Below, piece by piece: positions 1 through 27,321 of a DNA stretch of 64,000 nucleotides; the stretch's first letter is position 1; each line of letters starts with the position of its first letter. Source of the DNA: Ruditapes philippinarum (taxonomy: Eukaryota). Where the stretch lies: NCBI RefSeq assembly GCF_026571515.1, contig NW_026862309.1, forward strand, positions 248,001 through 312,000. The letters are read 5' to 3'. A model generated the notes under the pieces. The model did no database searches, had not been told where the DNA came from, and saw only the letters and a program-made list of their open reading frames with translations. The translations under genes were made by a program, and so were the position numbers.

Positions 1-126
1 CTTACCAATGTTATTTCATGATCATAATATCTAAATAGAACGGATCAAAAATATTAAAATACTAATAATAAAACGTTTCATGAAAAAATCATGGTAATTT
101 TAATAATGAAGCGTTATGTTTTCCAG

Positions 127-4042
<3,916 letters not shown>

Positions 4043-4408
4043 CATTTTTATATGTAAGAACAAGAAGAAATATATCTAATCTTGAGTCTTGTTTTACTTT
4101 ACCACCATTAAGTCATTATCATTGAGATACCATATTATCCCAGTATTAGACACACCTTTTGATCTTTGTAGCCAACAACTTATTTTAAGTAATATATCTT
4201 ATTTTTATATACGTTAATTACTGATTTCACAGTTGTAAACTTTCCTTTCCAGTATGTAACTGAAAAATACACAGATTTCATCTGTGACAATCATAATAAG
4301 ATTATCAAATGATAAACTACTAAATCATTTTTTGTTTGTTTGTTGTAATTTTTACAGTCGTTTTTATAATTTATGCATGTATCTATATTCCACACATATA
4401 CAGGAACC

Positions 4409-4785
4409 GGTACCGTTGGCCTAGTGGTTAATGCGCCCGCTTTCGGATCGAGAGGTCGAAGGTCCAAGCCCCACGGGGAACGTTAATTGAAGGATGAATG
4501 TTTCTCGTTGGACTCGTTCTGAAATGGCCGCTTCGTGAGCCGCGAGGTAATTAAAATGAATGGTTACCGATTTATATCCGTCTGGTGCCTGACATATATA
4601 GTGGTAGGAGTTGATTTGTGGTAATCGTTATTGGCCCACCGTTAGCGGTAACTACATTACGGGGACACCAGTGAAGAGCGGTTTCGGTAGTAGCCGTAAG
4701 GTTACGGTGAAAACCGGAACTCCGCCCTCTACATCCAACATGGCTACTGTAATAGCAAAAGCGACGATGAAGCTGAAAAAAATGA
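4409..4785 (+). mobile_element. tRNA-derived SINE (tRNA-Arg-like head)
   Basis: A-box TGGCCTAGTGG, anticodon-loop-like TTTCGGA and degenerate B-box GGTCCAAGCCC in the first ~75 nt, followed by a GC-richer body and an A-rich tail. The stems are too imperfect for a functional tRNA. Confidence 0.65.
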
Positions 4786-6984
4786 TTTAACAACTTGAAA
4801 CTTTGAGCAGTCCGATTTGTGGCAATGAAAAATAAGAAGAAGGGTGTAAGCTGCAAATACTTTTGCTGCTTAGTTTGTTTACTGCTTTTTATAAATGTTA
4901 ATTTCGCAACACACATCCTGTACATGGTATGCAAGCAAAGGGTGTCTCATAAGTCAGAAATGGATGGCCCTTTCAGTAGGGATGACACTATAATAAACAA
5001 GACCTTTAATATAACTATTAGACCGTTAAAGGCGTTTTTATCGTACACATGTATTCATTTCCAGCCTAATTGTGTTTATGTGCTTTTATTTTCTTTAAAA
5101 ATAATATGTCAGCTACTTATGGTGATAATTGCTACACAATGTAGTAAATAAAAATTAATAGCAGCCGCGTTGGGGGAAAAAAAAAAAAAGGGGGTGGGAA
5201 AAACCCCCCCCCCCCAATAAAAAAAAACTTGTTGTTGTTAATTATACCTAATATTATACCTAAAAAAAAAAACCCGGTCCCCTAATTTTTGTAATACCCG
5301 ATATGATTTTTAAAATGCTACAGGATTCCTTGGGGAAATTCAATAATAGATGGTCAATTTAACGGCGAGTAGATGAATTACATTATGTATATAGATAACA
5401 CTAATAATACATGTTCGCACACATGTCAGTTCTGGTAATGAAACACTCTGACACATTGAGCGGTGCTCGTACTGAAAGTCACACAATTATTTCAACATAA
5501 AAGAACAGAGGTGCGAGCTATAGCGCCATCATGTTGGCAATAAAATCACAGATTGATTTATTGTCTACTATAGAATAGCTATTTATTTACTAGGAGTTCC
5601 AGATCAATAATATTATCATTGAATCAGGTATTGACCAGTTGTCTCTTATTACTTGTTTTATCGACCATATAAAGCTATTAACTTTAGAGATTTTTTTCAC
5701 TACATAACAGGGGCCTTATCAAGGCCCCTTCACAATTCCAAAATTCACAACTTTCACAATACAAACTTGTGATTGCTGCCACAAAAAGGTTTGTCAATAC
5801 ATTTTCAAAGTATATTTAGCAGTTTTATACCTTTAAATACCCATAAATATTCCTATTTATTCACAACATAAAGTAATCGGGGCTATTAAAACATTGCATG
5901 TTGAAATATTTCAAGCAATTTGAATTAAACAAATTAAAGAGTAAAGTTTTGTTGTGAATCGACTTTCAAAAATTGTGTCAATATTGCGCTTATTCTTTCA
6001 CAATTTTAAGAAAATTATGCTAAAATTTCACAATTTGAAGAAAAATTGGGCTTTGTCTTTCACAAACCAAACAAGTCAAAACTAACAATATGGGGGAACA
6101 ACCTCTGCTGGAGTTCATCCTTGTTAATTGCTGGAACTAACTTTTCCTGCCGATCGGCAATAATGTGTATAAAGTTATATCTGATGAAATATTTTATAAA
6201 AACTGAAAAAACAAACGTAAAATCAGTTGTTTTCATAATACATGTATAATTATTGTTTCTTGACACAGAATGTCTATGCAATGTTATATACATGAATATT
6301 ATATGTGAATAGAATAAAATGTTCCGGAACAAAATATTTCTCTTCTATATTAAGTAGTGTTTGCTATGATAAAACACATGTCCCACTTGCTTTGAATAAG
6401 ATATACTGGCAAATATCTTTCATTCTAATGTATTCTTTAATAATTTTTATCACAATATAAACAATAAGACAGCAAATATATATAGCTTTATACACATTAA
6501 ACATTTTTTTCAGGAATCATATAATAGTTTTCTTGTCTGTTATGTGTAAATATACATGTATACTTCATAAAAGCTTTGGTTTTAGTTTGACACACACAAA
6601 GCTAATCTTTAGAACGTTATCTATGTATTTAATTACAAGCACTAACAAAAAGACTACAGCAATATTCAATAAGTATGTAGTTAATGCTTAATGAGGGTAC
6701 CAAGAAGAATCTTCCTTTTATATTGGCACGATACACATTTGGACTATTACCTAAGTGCACGATTGTGGTTAAAACATGATTTTATGTGGTCACTGTACAG
6801 TGAGCAATTGACATAATTCCGGGGATTTTATCTTATTTTAAGTAATCGAACAAAATTCTTAAGATTAAGTACGAAATTAAGATTTAATTCAAAAGTCTAC
6901 AGCAAAATCAGCCACATCAAAAATGACACGAAAACGAAAATGTAAAACTTAAAAAAAATCTGTTAGTTTATTAGCGCATCAAAC

Positions 6985-7200
6985 ACCTATCAGAATAAAA
7001 TTAGATAATTTTAGTTTGCAAATTCTGTAACATTACATATATACTAGTGATAATTTCAATAAGGCATAAATGCACAGTTTGATAAGACAATGGTAAATTT
7101 ATAAACTTTCATTAAAAGATACACAATAGAATAATGCCTGTCAGAGATAAAAGATAACGAAACCTCCTATATACAAAAAGGTCATTTGGAGATATCATAC
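6985..7200 (+). promoter_or_regulatory. Putative amylase-2 promoter: TATA box plus clustered GATA sites
   Basis: TATATA at 7168-7173; WGATAR motifs at 6987 (reverse), 7003, 7080, 7145 and 7152, just upstream of the first coding exon. Confidence 0.5.
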
Positions 7201-7239
7201 GTAGACACACTATCAATGATACCAAGACTTGTTAAGAAT

Positions 7240-12240
<5,001 letters not shown>

Positions 12241-14876
12241 TTTGATTGTTAGAATATCTTATGCTGAATAGCAAAATTTAGAATGATATAACAGCTTGTT
12301 TGTATTTATTGGGCCTTCCGGATCTCGAATAACAAATGCATTTCTGTTCTAATGCGATATAGCAATTTAAAAATCTCCTTAAATTGACAATGAGAAGAAA
12401 TAGACTTAACGGAATGTAATTCAAGGCAATATACAATGTAAATCAGTCCTGACATCTCGACCGCATATTTTACACTCTTTATTCACACCTTTGTCTGTTC
12501 GACAATAATCTTTTGAATTGTTACAATCGGTTTTGAACAAGAATGCAATTGTTTTTATCTTATTCTCATGGGAAACCGAGCACAATAATAGAAATATTGA
12601 AGAGAAAATAATAACAAAAATAATAATAAACAAACACCGGAATGTCACATTTTATTTAATAAGGACTGACATGTTGAATTGAAGGACCCGGACACGATTA
12701 TCTGTGCTGTCTTGGCAATACATTGTAATTGGAAATATCAACACTATGATTATGTACCTTTTGTAACTTTTGACTATTCTCAGAGGAAATAATGCTGTTG
12801 TATCACCTATATTAAAGTGACATTTTGTATCACTTATATTAAAGTGACATATTATGATCATATTTTCATTGTAAATTTGAGCTGAATAAAGCCTGAATTG
12901 ACTGTACATTGTAAGATTGGTTGTGAAAACGGCGATTGACCAACAGTTGATATTGGAAATGTTTAAAAAAAGGCTGTCCCACTCTTTTATATTAGTAAAT
13001 CGAACACTTCAGGTAAATTGAGATGAATATTTACAGAAATCTCCTTGAAACACACGATTTGTTTATCGGGATAAATATGGTAGAATATAAACTTATTCAT
13101 TTTGACATTCACCTGTTTTGTCACTATATATTCTTGGATGGGAAATGCATAATGTAACTTTAAGTACGGAGACTCTTTACTAATTGAACAGTTATCACCC
13201 TGTATAATTAATAAGCATGGTCAAAAAAGTTTTTAAGGGTTTCGACTTCCTTCAAGAAAATAATATATACTGCCTCATCTGCAATGATGACAGTTTAAGT
13301 ATACAGAACAAATATATTCTCATAAGCTATTGATTTCCGTAAGGAATTAATTAAAGTGTATAATTCATATATCTGCTGAAAAAATGTTTGAATTTTCAAA
13401 TAGATTACTTCTAATATGGTTGTATGAAAAACTTATGGTATAAATATAGTACATTACCTTAATTAAAAGCGAACATGTACGAGTAAAGCGTTGCCCGGTC
13501 GAGTTTTGCGTAATTGTTTTTTCCCCTAAAATTTCATTAACGTGTTATTTCACGTGGAACCGAAATGCAATGACTGGTTTATCAGTTTATCGGTTTATAA
13601 CAATAATTTATTTATTTCTTATCGCATGGTTTTGAACTTTTCTTTGTTCTTTTCTTACCTATTATACTCAGTTCACTTTCAATGAGCATTTGAAAACTGT
13701 ATTGATATTTAACAGTGTAGTTTTTTTCATTGATTCATATAGGAAAAACTGAACTAATAAATAACAGTTGAGTTTCTTTTCACACCTTCTATATATCAGT
13801 GGACTTTTTTCACAGAGGCTCCAATGGGACAGGGTAAACGAACAGTCCAAGTAGTAATAAATATAAATTAGATAAAAAATAAATAAAAATAAATAGATAA
13901 ATTATAAAATAACCAAAGATAATTAATGAAATGAATTTATTCTCATATATACAACTGCTAAAATCAAAAGGTACATCCACTGAATGAATTAATTCCACTG
14001 AAAGAAAAAAAAAATCTTGAATCAACATTACTTTATCGAAAAGGTAACAGTTAACAATCCGTCTCTAACATTGGACGTCTTTACGTTTACAAGGGTTATT
14101 TTATTCTGTTTTGGTCTTGTCATAAATAGTTGTAAGTAAGCTTACGACAGCATTGGCTGGTATTGGTTTATTTTATCTGATTCCATTTAAAACAAGTGGC
14201 ACAAGGGAGAGAGAGAGAGAAGTGCATATGGCAAGAACAAAGAAAAAGGTTCCAAACTATGCGATATGTGGCCTCCTAAACAATATAAAGAAACACAAAC
14301 ACAAAACATCATAAGACAATAACAACTACTTAGTATTTCATTAAGATTTTGTCCTAAAACTATTTTAGATATTAAATATCATTTATACGATTTTCATTTA
14401 CAAATATTTTAACAAATTTACATGCATAATAATTATTATAACATAATGACAGAGTTATGCATTAAGATATTTATTTGATCTGCAAGATAAGTTTTTATAC
14501 TTATTTTTAAAAGATGTCAGAGAATTAGAAAAACGTATATTAGATGGTATTCTTTTCCAAATCTTTGCACTATTGTGACAAAAAGTATTTTTACCTAATA
14601 ATTTTGGTGTTTTTTACATTTTCTATTTTTTGTTTTGTTTTTTCAATACATAAAGTAAGTCCATTACAATAAAAACTTTTTGTTTCGTGCATAATATCAT
14701 ATTATGTATAAATGCATGGATGGATAAACATACTGTCCTTAGATATACAAGTAGCCTACATATTGAGATCTAGAAACGACATATAAACTAATAAGAGATA
14801 GTACTACATTATAATTTATATAATTCCCCTCAGAAATAAGTGGATAATCATCTGCAAAATTATATAGGACCTGAAA

Positions 14877-17201
14877 GAGCATTAGCACCTTAATTCGACA
14901 TACCCATTAATTCGACACCTTTTTAACAAACATCATGAAATCTCAAAAATAAGCTTTTTAACTGATATTTTGATCGATAGTTACGTCTATCATTCATTTG
15001 ATGACGTCATGAAAAAAATTCAGACCACATAGGTACCGATTTCGCTGACATTGGTTAGTACGAAAGTGTGCCTCGAAAATGTGAACATAAAAAGTGGCTT
15101 CTTAGGGCCCAGTTACACAGACGGTCGGTCCCCAATCGGTCATTTAATTTTAAATTTACTCGCTGTTATGATCGGTTGTCATGCGTGATTTTATTTCTGG
15201 TTTTCTGTGTAAACGGCCATCGGTGACAGAAAGCAAACTCAAACGGGAATGGGTCGATGATTAAATGCTGAAATACTTTTGGTTTTTATCGTTTGTAAAT
15301 CGGAGCTAAATCGGGCGTAACGCTGATTAATCGGTGTTTGATAGCTAGTCATCAGTGATTAAACACTTTCCGTCAGATATGGCCGGTGATTCATATTTGG
15401 TTATCTTTGTCCGATCGGCGATATCGGTGATTAAGAGCTTGCATATCTCGTGATATAGGTTGCCGTCGGTTATTTTTAAAAAAAATTCACCGATCGAGAA
15501 TTTTAAACGTGTTTAAAAATCCCAATCGGTAATTTTTCACCGATGAAACTCATCTTTCCCCAATAGCAGTTGATAGGTGGAAAACAGGTGACCAATAGGT
15601 GATATCGGTGTTAAATACGTTGTCATCGGTTCACTCCATAATTTGGCTAAAAAAACTACCGATCAATCACCGATGGCTCTGTGCAACTGGGGTGTTCGGA
15701 AACGTGTAAGAGGTCGACTAAATACTACTTAATTTTTGTCATATTCTGCTATTGTTAACTTTTTAAACACACTTATTGAAGTTGTTCTTCAAACTGGACC
15801 TTCAACAGCTTATCTAGAGCCAAGGCGTGAGTGTCGAACGTAGGAACCAAATTTAAAAGGAGGTTCGTTAGTTTGATAAATGTGACAGAATCAACTAACT
15901 TAAATCAAACTGACCAAATATGACATTTCATGTACGTATATTGTATTTGGCTGTGGACGAATAAGTATTAACTATATTCCGTTAACGATGTTCGTTATTG
16001 AGGTATCAGATGTCGCTAATTAATTCTTAATTAAAAATAAAATACATTTCATAAGTAACATGTAATGGTAATGTTTCGTGATGTTGTTTATTCTGAAAAG
16101 CAGGTATACAATGTATTTAGTTAAAATAAACTTCAGCTATAGGTATATCAGTGTTTAAAATTGCCTAATTGTGTATGTACATGTCAAGTGAAGCTAAAAA
16201 ATAAATATTGCAGATGTTCGCCATCAAAGTTGATCAACGTTGTGTCTATGTTTCAAAGTGGTGTTAAATGAAAGAAGATAAAATACAGCAATGATATTTG
16301 GCATACTGAGGAGAGCTATAACTGATAAGCTTAAGGGAATTGCACCAACTGGTTTGACAACAGTGAGTGCTGACTGCAAAACTACGCTTATTTGTTAATT
16401 ATGCATGAAAATTAACAAGTCTAACTCTTAGATCATTAAATATGGAAGAAACACACTTTTAAAGACCATTTACCTGGAAAAAACATGTGCCGGTATCAGT
16501 TATTTTAATACCGGTAAGTTACACGCTACACCGGCTCCCTTAGTTAAGTGGCAGACTTGCTTTACTTTTGGCCATCAGAGATACATAATTAATTATAATT
16601 AATGAACTCTACCGATTATGTATTCAGAGTAGGCCTATGATTTAAACTAAGAACTAATATAAAAAAAGAAATGTTTCCGTTATACAGCCTGTCCATGGTA
16701 CATAATGTACACTGCTGGCGCAATGTAATTCGAAATCCCGGTTCAAAGATAAATAATTAACCTTTTTCTCTATAATAAAATTATAAGTGTAAGACATACA
16801 AAAATGTATCTACACGTGCACATTTTTACTGATTCAAGAGATGAACAGATCTTCCTTTTAATGCAATATTCTTTCATAATTATGTTTCGGTCGTAAATTG
16901 TTATTAATAGTGTTGGAATTCATTTTACTTTTATATTATTTGAACTTTTAATGTATTTCTTAAACCTTAATTAGAGTGTCGAATTAAGGATCACCATGTT
17001 GAAATACCGGACCCTCAACGGACAAAGCTTAAATACTATTATAACATGGAAAACCTTAGATGCTACCTAAGAATTAGTGTTTGAAAAGCGCGCGAAAATG
17101 TCGGATACTGTAAATTGCAGTGTCGAAATTAGGATAGTCATAAAAATGTTAAATTGTAACGAAAATTTATTGTAAGGTATCGAAATATGGGTATTTTACT
17201 C
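14877..17201. mobile_element. Probable degenerate non-autonomous DNA transposon with subterminal repeats
   Basis: TTAATTCGACA twice at the left end (14890-14920); inverted TGTCGAA(A)TTA(A)GGAT at ~16977 and ~17122, plus GGTATCGAAATATGGGTA at ~17176; GAG...CTC-like termini. Boundaries are approximate. Confidence 0.4.
15105..15693. mobile_element. MITE (Harbinger-like) nested in the element above
   Basis: Imperfect TIRs cccagttacacagacggtcggt / accgatggctctgtgcaactggg; the interior is rich in ATCGGT/ACCGAT motifs. Confidence 0.55.
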
Positions 17202-17479
17202 TAGAGATTTCCTAAGTTCAAATAATTAATTAGGTCTAAAATAAATAATTTCAAGAGCTAGTTTTTTGCTTTGATCAATTAGATCTATGTGTAAGCTAAT
17301 TAAATAAACATAATTGTATAACCGAAGAGTACAATTTCTCAACTCATATTTCAGGTATTTATTTCCACGTTCCGATCGCTGTGAGTGTACACACCTTTCC
17401 AGAATAAATATGCATGTACCAGTCACATCCTAGCAAAACAATATTTTTACAACAGTCAGTGAATTGAAACAAGGCCAGC

Positions 17480-17900
17480 TTTTTGTAATTGGTTCAGATG
17501 AATAATAAAGCCGATAGCTTTTGTGTGCTGATGATTTGTTGTGGACACCTTGTGGCATCTCGCTATTGATTATCTGTTTTCGCCGATACTGCGGCAGCTG
17601 TCGCAATGCAGGTAAATTCTAACCAATGAGAGAGGGTTTAACAAATAATTAGGATGTAGGCAGATAACATGATAAAAAGTAGTATGCATGATGTTTTGCT
17701 GAGGCAGTTTACTTATGAAGCTAAGAAGGATATAGAAACCGAATTTTTGTTAACGATTTGATGTACTGTTCGCGTTGTTATTTTGTAAAAGTTATTGTTG
17801 GATTTTTCGTTTAGACGTACATAGTTTTCTATCCAGCGGATTAATACTATACATTTCCTCAGCATCAGTAACATCACCGAGTATTAGTTGTTGTGACAGG
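17480..17900 (+). promoter_or_regulatory. Calmodulin promoter / 5' UTR region with CCAAT boxes
   Basis: ATTGG at 17488 and CCAAT at 17623; locally CpG-richer sequence upstream of the ATG exon. Confidence 0.4.
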
Positions 17901-17913
17901 AAACTAATCTAAA

Positions 17914-22543
<4,630 letters not shown>

Positions 22544-25500
22544 AGACTGACTGCTACATATTTTTTACCAATTGTGGGACTAGTTGTTGATGTCATGTTG
22601 GGTGTGAACGGATGTGGACAGTATTTCCAGTTTTACAGGCTCTGTCGCAGGAATACAAAGAGCATTATTAACAAACTGCCTTGTCAGATTCAGTTCATGT
22701 TCAGAACTTTTAAATGATTCCAAGTATTCATTGGCAAGTCCCGAAATGTTGTACTGTGAATTTTTAAATATCTAACAAATATAAAGAAATGATTGACTAT
22801 TCTATTAAATTAAACGAACAAAAAGATACTTTCTTATTCACAATCCAATAAATCATTTTTTATTTCTGTAGGACTTACCGAATTAGATACATTTATGTTC
22901 ATGTTTGCGGTTTGGTGTGTTATTTACAAACTTTGTATACTATGAATTGATAAGTCATAATTTCATATGAATTGTACTTTTATTCAGTGCCTATTTAAGT
23001 GGTATATCGAATTTGCTATAAATGATGTTATTTTATTATTTTATATCATTGTCAAGTATATATTGTTTTGGATTGTGAATGATTTTTACGTGCAATTTTT
23101 TCTTGGTGTAAATGTTTTAGAAGTTATATACTTGGGGGAGAAATATGTTGCATCCATCAAATTCTGTCATCTGGAAAAAAGAATGTGCTCATCCATTTTC
23201 TGAGTAATTGTGATATATTTGTCTTAATTTTGTTTTAAAAACTTGCATTCCATCTTGGTTGACAAGCTTTCTGTTTTTAATAATTTTTTTTTTAAATCAG
23301 GATATTCATTATGATGGATTTGTCCATGATTAAGGCGTAAACCTTATTGTTTAGATTGCCTGTTTTTATATTTCTTAATTTTCTTTTATATATATATGTA
23401 TTTTTATAGGGCCTTTCACTGGTTATCGCAAAAGAAAATCATTTTTTAGGAAACCCTTTTTATAACTAAGACAATTTCTTATGGGAATTAAAAGTTGCTT
23501 TTTGTCTACATTTGAGCAATAATGTAAACATTTGACTAGATGTATGTTATTGTTGAACACAACCTTTTAAACTACTAGTCAATGTCATTTAAATAGTCTG
23601 GCTATGACAAGTCATTTTCCAGGTCATTTTATTTCTTGTCACATTCTACATCTTTTACACTCTTTCTATTTATTGTTCTTTATGTACATATGGCTTCTTA
23701 AAGATGAAAATAAAATTATAAATTCTATTACTGCCTTTTATGTTAATTTATTACTTTACCTGAGCATGTTCTCATGGTGAGCTTATTTTGATCCCTGTCA
23801 GTCCTTGTTTGTTGTCAACAATTTCTTAAAGCAGTATGCCTCCAGCTTCATGTTTCATGAAAAATTTTAAATTGTATTTATTAAGTAAAATATGTTAAGT
23901 ATGTGTTGCAAACAACACTTAAAGTCCATATAAATTACTGAAATGAGGTCAAATATGCGAAAATAGCCCTCACTGTGTAATCAACACAGTAGAAATAATT
24001 GTGATTAATACTAAAAAATGGTCATTTATCGCACATAACATTATTACTTTTTAGTACTTTTTCCCCCAAGTTTGATTTTCTTGAAGTGCTTTGGGGTATG
24101 TATAATCACAGAGCTATATCTAAATTTATCTGTAATAAAAGTGTCTGGTATAATAATTATCTGCTTTTCTAATACCCAAGACATTTGGCATCAAACAACA
24201 TCTGAGGGATCTCTACCAATTTTAATTGAAATGTGATTATATGGTCAAAATTGACATTGCGTTGGGTGATTGTTTTTCTTATATGTAAAGCTTTAGATAA
24301 ATTAGAGGAAACAATATTCTCTACAAGATCAAGACTGTTCAAACAATTCACGTACATCGGCGTTACTTCATAAAAACGACTTCAATCACATTTTATCAGT
24401 TTATTTCAATTTTTATATCAGCAGAAGTTTAGTAAATATCACTTGCCTACCGAAAATCGAAATTATACGGTATAATATGCATTGTTGTACTTATAAGAGC
24501 CGACAAAAAGCCAAAATCTCGCTCAAAACGGTGGTCAAGCCATCATTTTCACGAATGATCTTGAAAAGTAAACAATTTCGTGGAAATAATCTTGATGAGG
24601 GATAAAGAGTAATGTCTTCGCAGCCGTATGCGGCTATTCCTTTTTTCCAGTTCGATTAAATAAAAAATATATTGGCCAGTTTACTTACCGCGTTGGAAAT
24701 CCTGTCAGTTATCCGCCATTTATTGCACAATTCTGCGTTACTTATTGCACGAATCGTGCGTTATTTTCACATTCCGGCGTTACTGGATATACACGGTGTT
24801 ATAAGGTGTCGTGGGTTTTCCCTTTCTGTCCCATACAATTAAAAAGTTTTCAACGGTGTTGATTTTGAGGTCAAAGGTTGTCCTTTCATCAGTTGAGCGC
24901 TTTAGGGCTAATAAACCCCTTGTCAAAGGTCCTGTAACACAATTTTTATGGTTTTAAATCATAAATATGATGTAAATTAAGATTTATCATTATGCTCTAA
25001 TTCGTTACACTCAAACGAGCATAAATCATTTACATTCTTTAATAATACACCTTTGAAATAATAAACAACACAACACAGAGTTTAAAGAGGCTAGAGGGAG
25101 TATTTGTAAGCCGTCTCCACTAACCGTTTATTTTCCCAACCAACAAAAACAAAATTCTGGATATAAATCTTCATATCAATTTTTGTTAAGACAAAAGTCC
25201 AAAAAAGCTTCCATATGACTTATAGTAATAAATTTACTAAGCAAATTCATCTGTTAAAAGATGCCAAATATTCGTGTAAAAGTAAAGAAATATAAACTTT
25301 CCAATATAACTGAATAATAGAGTTTTGTAGAAACAGAAGTTTTTGGAAATGTTCGAAAAGTCAGGTTGCTGCGAGCGGGATACCCAACCCTAACTCCAAC
25401 GTGGGAGGGGGGGGTATTGATGAAGGATTAATCCAGGCTCAAGACCAGCGGCTCCTTCGAACCTACCTGACATAAAACCCAAATTTAGAGGTCTAAAAAT

Positions 25501-27321
25501 TTTTGTCATAATGGAAAAAGGAAACGAATTTTGAAAATTATAAATAAACAAAAACACAGATAATTTGTCACTGAAATAAACTCAGTTCATGTACATAATT
25601 ATATGCAAACAGAATAATAATTCACAATGAATCAAAACGGAATTAAATGAATATGCCTCATCAATTTTGAAAGTCCCTTTTTTTTCTTCTTTTTTTTGCG
25701 TATAAAGACACACGTTTACTTTGCTCTGAGCTGTGCATAATCCTGAAAAAGAAAACAATTGTAAGAAACATTTAAGAATGCCCGCTTTACTAATCACAAG
25801 AAACTCGTGCACTATTGCCGCCAAAAACATAACTTCCGATTACTTCCTTATAAGGAAATACTAAGTTACGGTGTATGATTCCGATAATAAATACATATAT
25901 TGTAGGCTTCAAAAAGCATTATTTATAAAGATATTTAACATTTCATGTAAATAAAGGGAGGTTATAAAAAATTTACTTTCTATAAAGTTTAAGTCAAATT
26001 TTACAATAAGAATTGAGTGCATATATTTTAATGATAACATATAATATGCACACATATTTGCAGTACATATTTTACATATTCTTCGATATTTGAAAATTGT
26101 TTTATTTGCATAATTATGTACATACAAGATACAAGAAACTTTATTTTAAGTCCATATATATAATTTCATCTAGTGTGGTCTACCACTTTGATCACAACAT
26201 ACAGGATCTTTAAAGCAATGTCAACTGACCCCCAACCTGGCATATCTTTGGTATAGCAAGTATCGACATAATGCTTAACAGGTAGATAGATCTTGTCAAT
26301 GAAATATGTTCAAGAACCATATTGCTCTTTTAGCCAAATTTTGTAGCTACAGCCCTTTGTAATTTTATGCTCTCCAAAGGAAGAGCTAGCAATATTACAG
26401 TCACCCCCTGGTGAGAATTTTTTTAAAGATTTTGAAGGAATTTGACATGAACTTGACAAAGTTACAGAGACTGGTGAAAGTGCAATGTACAAGAATGCTT
26501 CATTTTTTAATTATTTCCCAGAGTTTAATAATGCTTGTCCATTTTTACATTAATATCAATGATATCTCAAAGAAACTTAAAACCGTTAAAAGACAAGTGA
26601 ACGAAAATGCAGAGTCAAAGAACCATTACTTGAAATTGCTTTTTTTCAATTATCTCCATTTATAGTACTTGTGTATTAGGAAGGACAATTTCAAGGAACC
26701 ATAATTTACCTTGCTTTAGTACATCTCCCTTTTTCATCCTTAGAAAATGTTAAGGACGTTTTCGGGAGTTTTCATATACATGTAGACATATAGGCAAAAT
26801 GAAAATTGTTCAATAGAATTTCTTTAAACTTGACAAGTTGTTAGAATATGATAACAGAAACATTTTAAGCGAAAAACATTGGGGTCATCATTCTCGTTTT
26901 TGAGATATCTGCCCCAGAATTAGAATTTTCTACTTATTTGTGTTCATTTCAAGGGCAGATAATTTATACATACTTAAACGAATTCTTGTTTTTACTTCTG
27001 GATTATGTTTTTCTTTTTATTGTTGAGTACAATACATAATAACATGCAATTCCTTAAACCGTTCTGTTTTTTTTTGTTTTTTTTCAATGAAAATAAATGT
27101 ACTTTAAATTCTTAAAAAATATGCCAATTTTTAAGGAAAAAATGCACAGGTTAAAAGAAGTGGAAATAAAACTATCCACACTAAATTCGTTCTTGAAATT
27201 TTGCATATCGACTAAAACGAAGGTAAGCTTCATTAAAATAAGGAAAAAAATGTATTTTTTCCCTTCATTGTAAATTATCTGTAAATTATCAGATCATAGC
27301 GTCTTGATTGAAACACAACTG

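Noticed and set aside
4409-4483. Functional tRNA-Arg(TCG) gene
   Set aside because: The stems and T-loop/B-box are mismatched and the sequence continues into a SINE-like body.
5165-5290. Runs of G, A and C suggesting G-quadruplex or regulatory structure
   Set aside because: Consecutive long homopolymers look like low-quality consensus sequence; not interpretable without reads.
17606-17617. ATGCAG|GTAAAT as an alternative calmodulin first exon (MQ-ADQL...)
   Set aside because: The canonical ATG|GTGAGT exon at 17914 explains the gene, and this site lies among the promoter CCAAT boxes. It cannot be supported without transcripts.
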